From assembly GCA_946965045.2 (NCBI GenBank), contig OX337233.1, positions 2,356,001 to 2,420,000 on the forward strand: a DNA stretch of 64,000 bases, given 5' to 3'. Position numbers and translations under genes: made by a program. Shown here one piece after another: positions 44,954-56,602 of the stretch. Within the stretch, counting starts at the first letter, position 1. Every line of letters begins with the position of its first letter. Source of the DNA: Epithemia pelagica (Eukaryota > Protista > Bacillariophyta). Below the pieces are notes generated by a model that was not told the DNA's origin, ran no database searches, and saw only the letters and a program-made list of their open reading frames with translations.

Positions 44954-46027
44954 ATGTCTGTAAATGTTGCTCTGTGTGGAAGCATACCAAGATCAAGCTT
45001 CATCAACCAACCTGGCGCTCCTTGTGGACTCCAGGAGCTCTCTTCGCGCCTCCATGGGTTCGAATCGAAGAGCCATTGCATTGAGGACTATACTTCCCAA
45101 TCTCAGTGCGAAAACGAAGTAGGGTTCGGGAAATGTTTGAACGTCGGTCCATTGCTATCAGAAAGACGTCCTCTAGGACGTGTATGCGAAGCTCCTGCTT
45201 GGGCTGTTCCGGCTAAGGGAGATAGTCGTCTTGAGGTGAGTCACTTCTTTTCCATCAGCCTTCTCTTCCTCGTTGCAGTCATTCTAACTTTCTTGTTCTT
45301 ATTGTAGCCAGTTTGCGATTGCTCAGGGCTTCAAGGTCCTGTTGACCTCACGCACAAGGCCTTTTATCGTGTTGGCCGTTCTCCCATGAGTGATGTACAA
45401 CTTATACATGGAACCTCAAGCAGACGACACGCAATGCTCTTTCACCATTCAAATGGTTCATGTTACATCGTTGATTGTGGGAGTGCTCATGGGACATACG
45501 TGAATGGAGCACGCATTCCTCCCCCATCCAGCGGGGGTGTGGTTGTACCGCATAAAGTCCGTAGGGGTGCGATGATTCGCTTTGGGGGTTCTGGAGCGCC
45601 ATGCTTTGTCCTGAAATCTTTTTCCTTCCGTATTGACGAAGTACGGCTCGACGACGATGAACAATTGGAATTGGGGGAGGTTGTTCGCCGCAACACTCGA
45701 TTAAATGCGCTTGGGGCAAGCGTTGTTTCGAGAATTAGAGAGGGGAGAAGTCCTTCACATGATGACTGCGTAACGCGGAAGCGTTCATTTGATAGCCTAT
45801 CCACGAGTGCAACACTGGATGAAGACTTCGAACCTTGCAGTAAGAGGTCAAGGTGCAGTTCTCCACCGTTGTCGCCGGAATCAAGTCCCATTCACCTTGT
45901 TTCACCCGACGTATCTAAACGGCAAGTACACTTTTCACCACTCCCTCCTCAAGCATTTTACCCAGCATTAGTCACCTCAGAGGAATCCCTATCAGCCGAA
46001 GAAGACAACGACGACCTAGACTTATAG
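44954..46027 (+). CDS. FHA-domain protein, NIPP1/PPP1R8-like
   Basis: EAPAWAVPA, intron 45236-45307, VGRSP.SDVQL.H.TSSRRHAML...YIVDCGSAHGTYVNG...IRFG, and a C-terminal RVxF-like KRQVHF motif. An alternative in-frame ATG is at 44915. Confidence 0.85.
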
Positions 46028-46330
46028 ATTCGCTCACACAGCATCATTTCCATTTGTCCGAAAAAAAGAAACAATATTTGCATGAATTCAACATTCTACG
46101 AAAACATAAAATATTATAGAATCTGCTTTGTCTGTGTTGTCTGTTGTCAAAATGCCATGGTCATGCGGATGGCATAATAGTATTTTTTTTTGTTCCTCCT
46201 ATGGACTCTATTTAGGAGTAATTGGTGTAATGATATTGCTAATAGGCTAGCTATACCGTCTCGAGTAGTACAGATAGCTGAAAGACGATTTCCGACTCAG
46301 CGGGTCAGCAGAAATTCCTCTCTCGAAGGA

Positions 46331-46918
46331 ATGATGGTGGCGATTGTCCGTATAGGACAGATGAAATCAAGAATTATGCACCAATGCCGGCGTTTCCTGT
46401 TCTGTGGTGACGCCAAATCAAATCATGTTAGCTTGATGCTGAAGGCGAAACCTGATGTTCCCTTGGTGATGGCGCAACCAAATCGTTTCGCTTTCCAAAT
46501 GCTCTCAACTTCGCCAAGTGGTGGAATGGACGAGGTTGTTTTAGAACAAAGCCCTTCCATGAAAACTGGAGACGCAGACGGGCAAACATGTAAGTCGCAT
46601 AGAGAACCACAATGCGGACGGAACGATAAGTGAGCGTGGGAAATGTTTGAATGTAAATTTCTCATTGTGGGCCTCTATGTTCATCGATTTCGACGATTTT
46701 TAGCCAGTGAAAAATACAACCGCGTGATTAAATCAGCCTGTGGGCCGTTGCCCAATGAGGGTGACGATGAGGACGAGCAGGAAGAAATGTTTGTTGACCC
46801 TTATGAATCATTTGAGCATCCATCCAAGGAGTGGGGTGGACCCCGTCGTGGCGGATCTCTGCCGGAACCAACCCGATATGGAGATTGGGAACGAAAGGGG
46901 AGGTGTTCTGACTTCTAG
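46331..46918 (+). CDS. SDHAF4: Succinate dehydrogenase assembly factor 4 (DUF1674/Sdh8)
   Basis: C-terminal EWGGPRRGGSLPEPTRYGDWERKGRCSDF, intron 46590-46703, Arg-rich mitochondrial-like N-terminus. Start ATG uncertain. Confidence 0.88.
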
Positions 46919-47375
46919 AAATGGTCTTCTTTAATATCTAAGTTGCTGGTTGCTGGAGTATCATTGCATGGAGTGTCAATGCTTGACGTGGATCAAACCA
47001 CTTCATCTTACAGGGCTTCGATTACGCGAATTCCAATCCATCAAATGCTCGGAAGATGTCACATGCTTGGTTGATTGTTGAGCACTCCCTGCATCGTAAA
47101 ACGGAGAAAAAGTCGTCCGAGGAGATTCCACGGGATGAAAATTGATCCCACATGATCAAGGTGCAAGAAACGTTGAGGTGCGGCAGCGGAGGTTCGCTAC
47201 TGCTCCAATCAGTAATTATCTGTAAGCATGGTCTATACGAGCTTTTTTCATTCTCTTCACCCATCTCACAAGATAAAATATTGAAATCGAGTTCACGACA
47301 ACATCGGAGAGCACCGAGATGTGTGCAGGACCCCGGACTACCCAGAATGTGCTCACAATTCAAATCTCTGCGGAA

Positions 47376-50211
47376 ATGATTGTTTCGAAAGCTTCTCTCA
47401 CCGTTTTCCTCTCTTTGAGAGGGTTGCATGCCTACACCAATGGTTCCGACGGAACTCTACGGTATTCAGCCAGTCGAATTCGTCATTTCGATAACGAGAA
47501 TCCCGCGACTTTTCAGTCGTCGTCTGCCTTAAGCTTCATCCCTGGAGTTCAGCAGTTGTTTAACATTCTTGACAATACGGAAACTTCCAATCCCGAAGAC
47601 GCGGACAAGACTATGGAACTGGTTGAGGACGAACTCGCTTCGGAAGAGGAAAACTACAAAGCGATACTTGACTCGTTACAGGAAGCCAGTGGAATGAGCT
47701 TTCCACCAACGCCGACTTCGCGGCCTTCGTTAACGCCGTCACTGTCTGTGTCACCGTCATCCAATCCCTCTGCCAGTTTCCGGCCCACGGGGTCACCAAC
47801 GGTTCCGCCGCTGCAGCCATCAACGGCTCCGACAAGAAGTTTGATGCCTAGTGTGAACCCTACATCGACCGTAACTGCAACTCCCACCACAGAAGAACTT
47901 ACCAGCCCAACGCTAATCAACGTGACAAGTACTCCTTCTGTGACGCAGTCTGAAAGCGTGTCTCAAAATCCCACAGCACTCTTCTCGCCGACCACGTCTC
48001 CGACCATCTCAGTTTCTCCGTCCACTCGGCCAAGCATTTCTGGTACCCCGTCAGTGACGCCAACGATCTCAAGTGAACCCTCGCCTACGCCGTCAAGTTC
48101 AAGCATACCTTCGGCCCGCCCGACAATTTCGAGTCATCCAAGCGCCGGTCCTACGCCAATCGTTTCGAATGATCCTTTGGTTTCAGGTGCCCCGTCTAGT
48201 GCTTCGTTAAGTGAGCTACCAGCGGGGCCGACACGTTCCAGTGCCCCTTCGCTTTCGCCAACTGAGTCATCCAACCCTTCCACCAACCCCACTGTATCAG
48301 TTGAGCCTTCAAATCTACCTTCAGTCTCTTCCTTGCCATCCCTGGTCCCTTCGATCTCGAGCCAACCCTCGGAAGGCTCAACCATTTCGAGCAACCCCTC
48401 CCTATCACCCACAGTGTCGCCTAATCCTTCTGGAAATCCTACAATTTCAAGCGTTCCTTCTTCCGGTCCGTCCCTTTCAACTGCTCCATCTACTCTTCCT
48501 TTTGCAACCATGCGGCCATCTGCAAGTCCATCCTTGTCACGTGTACCAACTTTAATGCCTTCCAGTGACCCAACACCAGTTGCTCCGTTCTCGCGTAGCC
48601 CCACTCTTATCCCGACGCGATTTCCGTCTCGGCTCCCATCCAACGTTCCGTCCGGACAGCCAAGTCTTTCCCCATCCGTCGTTCCCTCTGGCTCACCCTC
48701 CAGTGAACCGACCAACCATCCCACGAATACCCCTTCAGATAGTCCATCCGAGACGCCTTCTACTTCTCCATCGTCTCGTCCTACCCAGCCCCCTTCATCG
48801 GCTCCTTCGTCGGTTCCGAGCTCATCACCATCAGATCCTCCATCGCCAGCACCATCGCAAGTTCCAAGTAGCTCGCCGTCTTCCTCGCCAACCAGGTTGC
48901 CGTCCTCTTTGCCATCCTTCGATCCTACGTCTATCCCCACACAGACCCCGTCCTCAAATCCGACAAGTCACCCGACCCAAGTTCCAAGCCTGCGCCCATC
49001 GAATGTCCCAACTGGTTCTCCCTCAGATCTTCCATCAGCAATCCCTTCATTTTTGCCTTCGGCCGGCCCTTCCTTAACACCAACATCCTCGCCATCTGCA
49101 GAGCCATCTTCTTTCCCCAGTGTATCGCCATCCACAACTCCCAGCGTCAATCCTACTGAAGAGCCGTCCATCTCCCCTAGTGTTTCTGGGGCTCCGTCCA
49201 GTTCTCCCTCCGTCACACCTACATCATCCCCCACTGGAGCTGCCTGTCGAATCCCTGAGGAGGTACGAATCGCTGAGATCTTGTCTATCCTCGACGCCGT
49301 AGCCGACCCCGTACAGATCAGAAACATTTCGGATGCCAGAGGCTTGGCCACTGAGTGGTTGCTTAACGAAGTGAACCCATTGGCATGCCATGATAATCCC
49401 AAGCTTGTTCAACGATGGGTTCTGGGAGTAATATATTTTTCTACTGGCGGGGACTTGTGGTTGCAGTGCTCAGCCAATTCTACCGCAACAGATGCATGTG
49501 GGGGCGAAGAACCGTTCGTGGGAGACCTCCGATTCCTTAGCAACGCCCCAGAATGTTTCTGGGCTGGGATTTCTTGTATTGATGGATGCGTTACAGAAGT
49601 TGAGTTTGAAGAAAACAATCTTGTCGGTAAGTTTTCCGTTTTTCACCCTTTTTGGAACAACTCGAATCTTCCTCATCGCACTTACACGTGACTATCGCTC
49701 TTCCGATCTGATTCCAGGTACAATTCCCTCTGAGATTGGATTACTGACAGACTTGGCCATTTGGGGTATGGAACGTGGGAATCTTACATCAACCATCCCG
49801 ACCGAAGTTGGATTGCTGACAAATCTTGTATTTTTGGATTTGGACTACAACCAATTGACTGGGAGTCTCACAACGCAACTTCTTAGCCTTTCTTCCCTAA
49901 CTCAACTTGACTTGAATAACAATGAGTTGACGGGAAGTATTAATGGAATTGGCGTGTTCCCTGATATGGAGTTTCTTCAGATTCACGATAACTTTTTTAC
50001 CGGAACTGTCCCCGAGGCAGTCGGAAGCTTTTCGAACCTTGCGGCCTTCACCTTACACGAAACGGAAATCTCTGGCTCCATGCCCGGCTCTGTTTGTGAT
50101 TTGTTGTTGTCCGAGGAAAATGGCGGTGTCTTGACATCGTTGATTGCCGATTGCGAGACACCCAATCCCGATATTGTTTGCGAGTGTTGTACGGATTGTC
50201 GCGACACCTAA
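47376..50211 (+). CDS. Secreted/surface protein: long Ser/Pro/Thr stalk plus diatom-type LRR domain
   Basis: Signal peptide MIVSKASLTVFLSLRGLHA, PS-rich repeats, LVQRWVLGVIYFSTGGDLW, ECFWAGISC, intron 49627-49717, plant-type LRRs (LDLDYNQLTGSL, GTIPSEIGLLT) and a terminal CECCTDC. Confidence 0.9.
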
Positions 50212-50467
50212 ACCATCCAGAGCAAGACACAAGGTCAAAGAAAATATCTTCCGTACTATCTTCTTCTTCGCTCTATAACCTTTCATTCCCAACCCATACC
50301 AAACTCACTCCCTGTCATGTTTACAAGACATGTCTATCTCTATAACAAGTAAGACAAGCCCAACTATCTAGAACCTTCGTTTTCGAGTTATCAGTTTCCT
50401 TTGTGACTGCTACACTACAAATTAGAGAGCTTCCGTATTATCAAAATCTTACCTTTTGCGCATCGTT

Positions 50468-51256
50468 TTAGAGTTGGGCAATATGCGTTTGTCGCGAACC
50501 CAAGGCATTGGCCATGTCTCGTCCTGTGGTGGCGTATTCCTTCAAGATTGTGGTTTCTACCGCCATGCCATGTTCCGTCGCCTCCGCAACAAAGCCACAA
50601 ACTTGTCCATAAATGGGATGAGGATCATCCATCGTTTGCAATCCAGTCCCCTTTTCATAATCATGTGGTGCTCCTGCGTACAAGCTCACTTGCCAAGTGT
50701 CCACCACCTTGGCCTTTTTCCACTTTTTCCAGTCCTTGTCCTCCAAAAAGCCCTGACAACAAAGGCCTGTGGTGTACAAATGAAATGGAACACCATGTCG
50801 TTCCTCTTTGACTTTCTTGATCAAATTGATTATTGTGTGTTGGTTGTCAATGATATCGTCCGACAAGGATAAGAGACCCACACCAGGATCGGATTCGCCC
50901 ATTCCACCCACAAAGCGATTGTCATTGGAATAATGTTCATTGATCTTGTTTACCGCTTCTTCAATGGAATCTACTGTTACAATAGTCTGTTTTGGATCAA
51001 CTTGAAAGGGAAACAAAAGAGAAGGACGCCATGTCTCTGTCGTGTTGGTTTTCCCTTGGCCCTTCCATCCAATCAAGAAAGGTGCAACGGGTGCCGGAGA
51101 GGAGGAAAAGGAACGTCGTTGATCCAACAGACTTTCTGTTCCTACTGGGAAAGTGTTTTGCGATAATAGTCCTTGATGATAATTGCGCCTTAGAAAAGCG
51201 AGTCCTCGTGAACTCGAACGGCTCAAAAGGCTGCCACGATGAAGGAAGGAAGCCAT
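50468..51256 (-). CDS. Mitochondrion-targeted protein with radical-SAM-like partial TIM barrel lacking CxxxCxxC
   Basis: Arg/Ser presequence MASFLHRGSLLSRSSSRGLAFLRR, then GVPFHLYTTGL, VDTWQVSLYAGAPHDYEK and VCGFVAEATEHGMAVETT. These resemble TatD-associated radical SAM proteins. ATG at 51256 is preferred over the ORF-track start. Confidence 0.68.
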   Translation of the reverse strand: MASFLHRGSLLSRSSSRGLAFLRRNYHQGLLSQNTFPVGTESLLDQRRSFSSSPAPVAPFLIGWKGQGKTNTTETWRPSLLFPFQVDPKQTIVTVDSIEEAVNKINEHYSNDNRFVGGMGESDPGVGLLSLSDDIIDNQHTIINLIKKVKEERHGVPFHLYTTGLCCQGFLEDKDWKKWKKAKVVDTWQVSLYAGAPHDYEKGTGLQTMDDPHPIYGQVCGFVAEATEHGMAVETTILKEYATTGRDMANALGSRQTHIAQL

Positions 51257-51537
51257 GGTGAAAGGAGTAGTGGGGGGCGAACTATTTTTGGATCTTCCAA
51301 AAAGATTCGACTCTCCAGCGGTCATGCCTTCTTTGCGCCGTGGTCGAACAGAAAAGGCGAAGCCTTTTTCTGTTCGCGACGCCATGGAGATTTTGCCCAT
51401 TTGGCGAATGGCCACAAAACAATTGGGGAGCAAGGTGCACCGAGACTGTGCATTGGCGTGTAGTAAACGCGAGCGAAACCTTCCTATATCATACTCCTTG
51501 TTTTTGGATTGACAGTGTTGAACTACGTGGAACAACC

Positions 51538-53016
51538 ATGTTGTCTGCCTTCTCTTCCAGCGGCAGTCGAGTCTTGACAAGGTTTACGCGATCTTCTTTG
51601 GCCACCACCAACTTGACGACGCGAATTGGTGGCTCTCGACGTACCTTTGTGGCACCATGTCGTGCGTGGTTCATGCCGGTAGAGACAATCAATGTACGTC
51701 AAGCTGCCATTGTGAAGGTTTGATGCGCTATCCATCAGGCGAGCCATTCTGGCTTTTGTGTCTTTGTCCATACTGAGTGAAAAAATGTTTTTTGTTGTCT
51801 TTTTGTTCGACGCTTTCGTGGTTGTTTGCCGCTTGGTCATTGACAGGTCCCCACCATGGGAGACTCGATTACCGAAGGTACTGTGGTCGATTTGCCCGTG
51901 GCTGTGGGAGACTATGTGACACCCGATGACGTTGTGGTGGTGTTGGAAACCGACAAGGTTTCAGTTGATGTGCGTGCCAGTGTTGCAGGTGCAGTGACGG
52001 AATTGATGGGTGATATGGACGATGTGGTGGAAGTGGGGTCTCCCTTGTTTCGGATTGATACCGATGCGACGGCTCCCGAAGGTGGAGCACCGGCTGCCGT
52101 CTCGACTCCTCCTGCGGCGGCAGCAGCCCCAGAGGCCGCCTCGACAGCACCACCACCACCTGCTGCTGCTACACCCTCCACTCCACCACCTCCAGCAGCA
52201 GCAGCAGCAGCAAAGGCTGCGCCACCGCCTCCACCACCACCCAAAGCCGCTCCTGCTTCGTCGTCCGGACCACCAGCTCCCACTGGCACACGAGTTACCC
52301 TGGGTACTCGTCAAGAACGACGAACCAAAATGTCTCGCATGAGGAAACGTGTGGCGGCACGTTTAAAGGATGCTCAAAACACAGCGGCCATGCTCACCAC
52401 CTTCCAGGAATGTGACATGGGGGCACTCATGGAATTGCGAAACAAACACAAGGAAGCCTTTCAGGAAAAGCATGGGATCAAATTAGGTTTTATGTCTGCC
52501 TTTGTATTGGCCGCCACATCGGCCTTGCAGGAAATTCCAGCCGTCAATGCCTACATTGACGATGCCACGGAAGAAATTGTTTATCGTGATTTCATTGACA
52601 TATCCGTGGCTGTGGCCAGCCCGACAGGTTTGGTCGTCCCCGTCTTGCGCAATACCGAAACCATGTCCTTTGCCGATGTGGAACGAAACATTGCCATGTA
52701 CGGTCAAAAAGCCAAAGATGGCAGTTTGTCCCTCGATGATATGGCAGGTGGGACCTTTACCATTAGTAACGGTGGCGTCTTTGGTTCTCTCATGGGAACT
52801 CCCATTATCAATCCTCCGCAATCGGCCATTTTGGGTATGCATGCGACCAAACTTCGCGCGGTCGTCAATGACAAGGGTGAAGTCGTGGCACGGCCCATGA
52901 TGTATCTGGCACTCACATACGATCATCGTTTAATTGATGGAAGAGAGGGTGTCACCTTTTTGAAATCGATTGCCGAAAAAATTACGGACCCGAATAAGCT
53001 CTTGTTGGATCTCTAA
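51538..53016 (+). CDS. DLST: 2-oxoglutarate dehydrogenase E2 (dihydrolipoyllysine succinyltransferase), mitochondrial
   Basis: Presequence exon 51538-51717, intron 51718-51846, [11 protein letters not shown], lipoyl [32 protein letters not shown] and catalytic DHRLIDG. Confidence 0.97.
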
Positions 53017-53207
53017 CAAAGACGAGGAACATGAGAGGACACGGAGAAACCAGGAAATGAATGGTGGAGATGGTAGTCTTGGTAACAACATTATAAACAG
53101 ACAACACCTACCATTGAAAAGCGAATAATACAAAGATTCTTTTGCGAAAATATGTGTTTCTTCTAACGAATGTATTTGTTACTGGTACAGGGCATGCGTT
53201 TTAAACT

Positions 53208-53721
53208 TCAGGGAAACGCCGCGTGGAAAGAGTACTTGTTTCTTTCTATAGAGTCTTGCAGGTCGGCGCATTTTGTATACACAGGTGTTTCTGCTGTTGA
53301 AAACTTCCACGAAACCTTTTTCTCATCCGATTTCCGACGAGAGAGAGAGACTCTGTTCAATTCCTTTGACTGTTTCGTCCTATACAAGGTCCTTGGCACC
53401 TGCAACCAGCCAGAACCACACGGCCACGAGGGAGGAGAAGAATGCCTGAAACAGATTTTCCCTGCCCTCGTCCTTGTCGGAAGAAGCAAAGAAGGAAGAC
53501 GAGGAAGACGTATGATCCTCGTCCTCCTCCTCGGTGACGGCCGCCATGAGATCCATGCCCACAAAAAAGACTACCAACAGGCCCAGTAAAATGGCTAGGC
53601 TGGCCGAAACTCTTTTGGGAGACAACCAGAACCGCCGGGACCTGGCCAATCGACTGTGCATGGTGAAATCTAGAAAGGATTGCAGATTCAAAGAAACAAC
53701 AACAACACGGAGGAGCAGCAT
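53208..53721 (-). CDS. Small hypothetical membrane protein; gene structure unresolved
   Basis: Overlapping ORFs 53380..53721 (TM segment LAILLGLLVVFFVG, acidic linker) and 53208..53564 lie in different frames, possibly joined by splicing. Confidence 0.3.
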
Positions 53722-53768
53722 AGTGTGAGAGAAAACGATTTGGAACCAGTTTCACCCTGTAAGGGCGT

Positions 53769-53771
<3 letters not shown>

Positions 53772-53809
<38 letters not shown>
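53772..53809. repeat. (CT)n microsatellite
   Basis: About 19 TC/CT units. Confidence 0.95.
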
Positions 53810-53811
<2 letters not shown>

Positions 53812-54859
53812 GTCTCATGCTTACAAAAGGAATGATTCTCCAACCAGGAAGAGGACTGTCCTGATTCGACTTGCGGCGACAAGTACTCTTCTTGCTGCCA
53901 ATCCATGGGAGGCAAATGCGCAAGACAAAGAGGAATGGTATCCTCCTCGTCCTCATGCAGTGAAGCAGCTGCCGCTATGGATCCAACAACACAAGGGAAA
54001 GACAACCGACAACAACACACTGTGAGTCTTTGTGTGTCAAACGCACCAATATACGACAGCACGGTACTGGTTCGAACCCGCACGTACCATTATTCGTCGT
54101 CATTCCAGGAGGGGGAGCCAAACTTTGAAACACATGAAGAGGAGGTGGTCCCGTCCGGGCCGTTGCTGCTTCTCGTACAAACGCACAAGGCGAAGTTTGC
54201 TGCAGCATTCGCATGTGATGATCTCGGACAATTTCGTGATCCATTGCCATTTGTTCCCGTCGACGACGACGTTCGTCCTGTTCCCGTTTGGCTCCGGCAT
54301 GGTTCGGAGACGATACCATCGGGTCGTCGTGATTCGTATCGGTACTGGAGGATTCCCATTCCAATTCAATGTCCATGAGAACCGACGATGCAAACGAGGA
54401 TCGAGCTTCCTTTTGAGATTCCTCCAAGTCCCCCTGCTCTTGTTCTCCCTCCTCCTCATCAGAGGACGAAGGAAACGAGCAAAGGGACAGTCGTTGTTGT
54501 TGTTGTTGTTGCGGAGGAGCATGTCCAACGGTACTGCAAGACGACGACGACAAGGAGGTAAAGGAACTGCGAGGATCTGAAGTACGTGGTGGTCCCGGAG
54601 CTTGGCCATTGCGATAGTCCACCGACAAGAATGCAGGATCCGTGAAACAAGACGCCGAACTACTGGAATCTGTCATGGTGACAGTACTTGTCGTAGATGT
54701 GGTACTTTTGCGGAACCAGCCAGAAGACCAAGATTGATTACCCGGCAGATCTTGTTCCCATGGACGCTCTTGGTCTTGTTGTGGTTGCGGTGGCTTGTCC
54801 AAGGAATTGGCAGCTGGTGCATCAAAGGGCGACACGGATATCGTCGAAGGGTACTCCAT
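53808..54859 (-). CDS. Ser/Glu-rich hypothetical protein
   Basis: ORF 53975..54859 joins ORF 53808..54083 through a phase-1 intron 54087-53975 (G|GTACGT...CCATAG|CG). Confidence 0.6.
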
Positions 54860-55504
54860 GACGAGAAAGAACGGATCTGATTCAATGACAATACTGCAAA
54901 CGGAAGGATGGATCGATGGATTAATAATAGCACGGTTTGGAGTGTGCTCTTGTGGATTTTGTGAGTTTTGGGTGATTCTTTGCGGATGTTACACAACGGT
55001 CAAATTATGAGACGATCCGCCTCCCAAAGTGCGTGTGGCTGGAAGCACGAGAAGCATACATTATGATGATGAGCTGTTGTTGTGGTCACGCGGAGTGCAC
55101 TGTTGGTAGGATCCTCATTTTTTGTATGTTCTGTTATGTCGTTGCCGATTCCGATTGGTTGGGATTGGGATTGTTCATTTGGAAACGTACCCCCAGCGTC
55201 TTTCATCTTGGGAGGCGTGTTCCAATTTCGAGCTTGCTTGTAATCTCGACTATTCGTTATAGATGACCTCTGGGAGTTAGAAACATGGGTATCTTTTTGA
55301 TCGTGTGGGGCACTTACGTGCGACCGTGAATCACCTCATTTAAGCGACCTAATAGCGACGTAAACAACCGTTCGAATCTTTGACCTTCCATGGTCGTCTT
55401 TTGGCATCTCATGTTCCAGATCTACATTCTGTTGCAACACAAACAAAGGAAGAGAGGACACCATTCTCCCATCAGAACCACAAACAAAACGAAATCAAAG
55501 CATC

Positions 55505-56368
55505 ATGTCTGCAATGAAGGTACGTGTCCCTGTTGAATCGAAAGGATCCAGGGTGCTCTAGAGTCTCATGGAATGCGTTTTGCTCTGTGTTGTTTGTTTT
55601 GTTTGATGTTGTCGTTGGTTTCGTGCCATGATGATGATGATGTAGTCTTTCCATGAAGCCGCCAAAGAAAAGGCGACTTCCATCTTTGCGGCTGCCACCC
55701 CGGCTGTGACAAGCTGGCAAGGCGAGTATGCCAAACTCTTTCCTCATTCTACCTTGTCCCAAGCAGCCGAAGCCTTGGAAAAAGATGGAGGTTCCTCCTT
55801 GGCGTCGGCCTTGGCTGCTACCGTCAACTTGGTCGACAAGGTCTCGACTGACTTGACTGCCGTGGAACAGTTTATCAACTTGTCACTTCCTCAAGTAGAA
55901 GATGGCAACAATTTTGGTGTCACTATTCAACTGGCAGGACTCAAACACATTACCGAAGCACAAGAAAAGTTGGACAAATCCTTGGAGGAACTCATGAAAT
56001 ACAGTAGCTCACGAGCGGATGCCTTGGAAAAGTGCAAACTTCCTTCCACGTCCGTTACCGAAACGAGTACAGTTTCAGAATCCAACAGTCAAGAAAACGC
56101 GGACGATGCCAAGGTGACCAAATCGTCGTCCAAGGAAACCAAATCGGTCAGTACCAAAACCGATCCCAGTCCCTCCCCGGAACAAGCCATTCGTCAACAA
56201 GCTTTGGTGGCCGTCGACCTTTTGTACTACAGCAAGGCCAAGAACGCATACACGCGTGCCATGAATGCCTATGTGGCCGTCATTGACTTTTGCGACAAGA
56301 ATCAGCAAAAGATTAACGAACCCAAGGGATCGCGCGATGGAGACACCGGATATTCTTCCATGTACTAG
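55505..56368 (+). CDS. PSME3: Proteasome activator PA28/REG subunit
   Basis: Micro-exon MSAMK 55505-55519, intron 55520-55645, then FINLSLPQVEDGNNFGVTIQ, SSRADALEK, IDFCDKNQQKINEPKG and a C-terminal SMY. Confidence 0.9.
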
Positions 56369-56602
56369 AGTAACACAATGGAAATTCTACATAGAGACGA
56401 ACGACAACATTATTCGTAGAGGAAAGGCAATGCTTCCTGTTCTGTTGCTCGTCCTGCCAAGTGCAAAATCTGCGAGAACGTTAGGGCTAGGGCTATCATT
56501 ACCATGTTTCCGCGACTGATATGTCGTAGCTGATGTCACAGCGATATTCCGATGTCGGCAGACAGGAGCCATCAAAACTTTCGAAAATCTGCAACCATCA
56601 CC

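Noticed and set aside
48134-49402. Gly/Asp/Glu-rich minus-strand ORFs
   Set aside because: Antisense of the Ser/Pro stalk of the LRR protein
15852-53016. ICL, SDHAF4 and DLST (TCA/glyoxylate cycle) in one window as a metabolic cluster
   Set aside because: Separated by many unrelated genes over 37 kb; no evidence beyond coincidence
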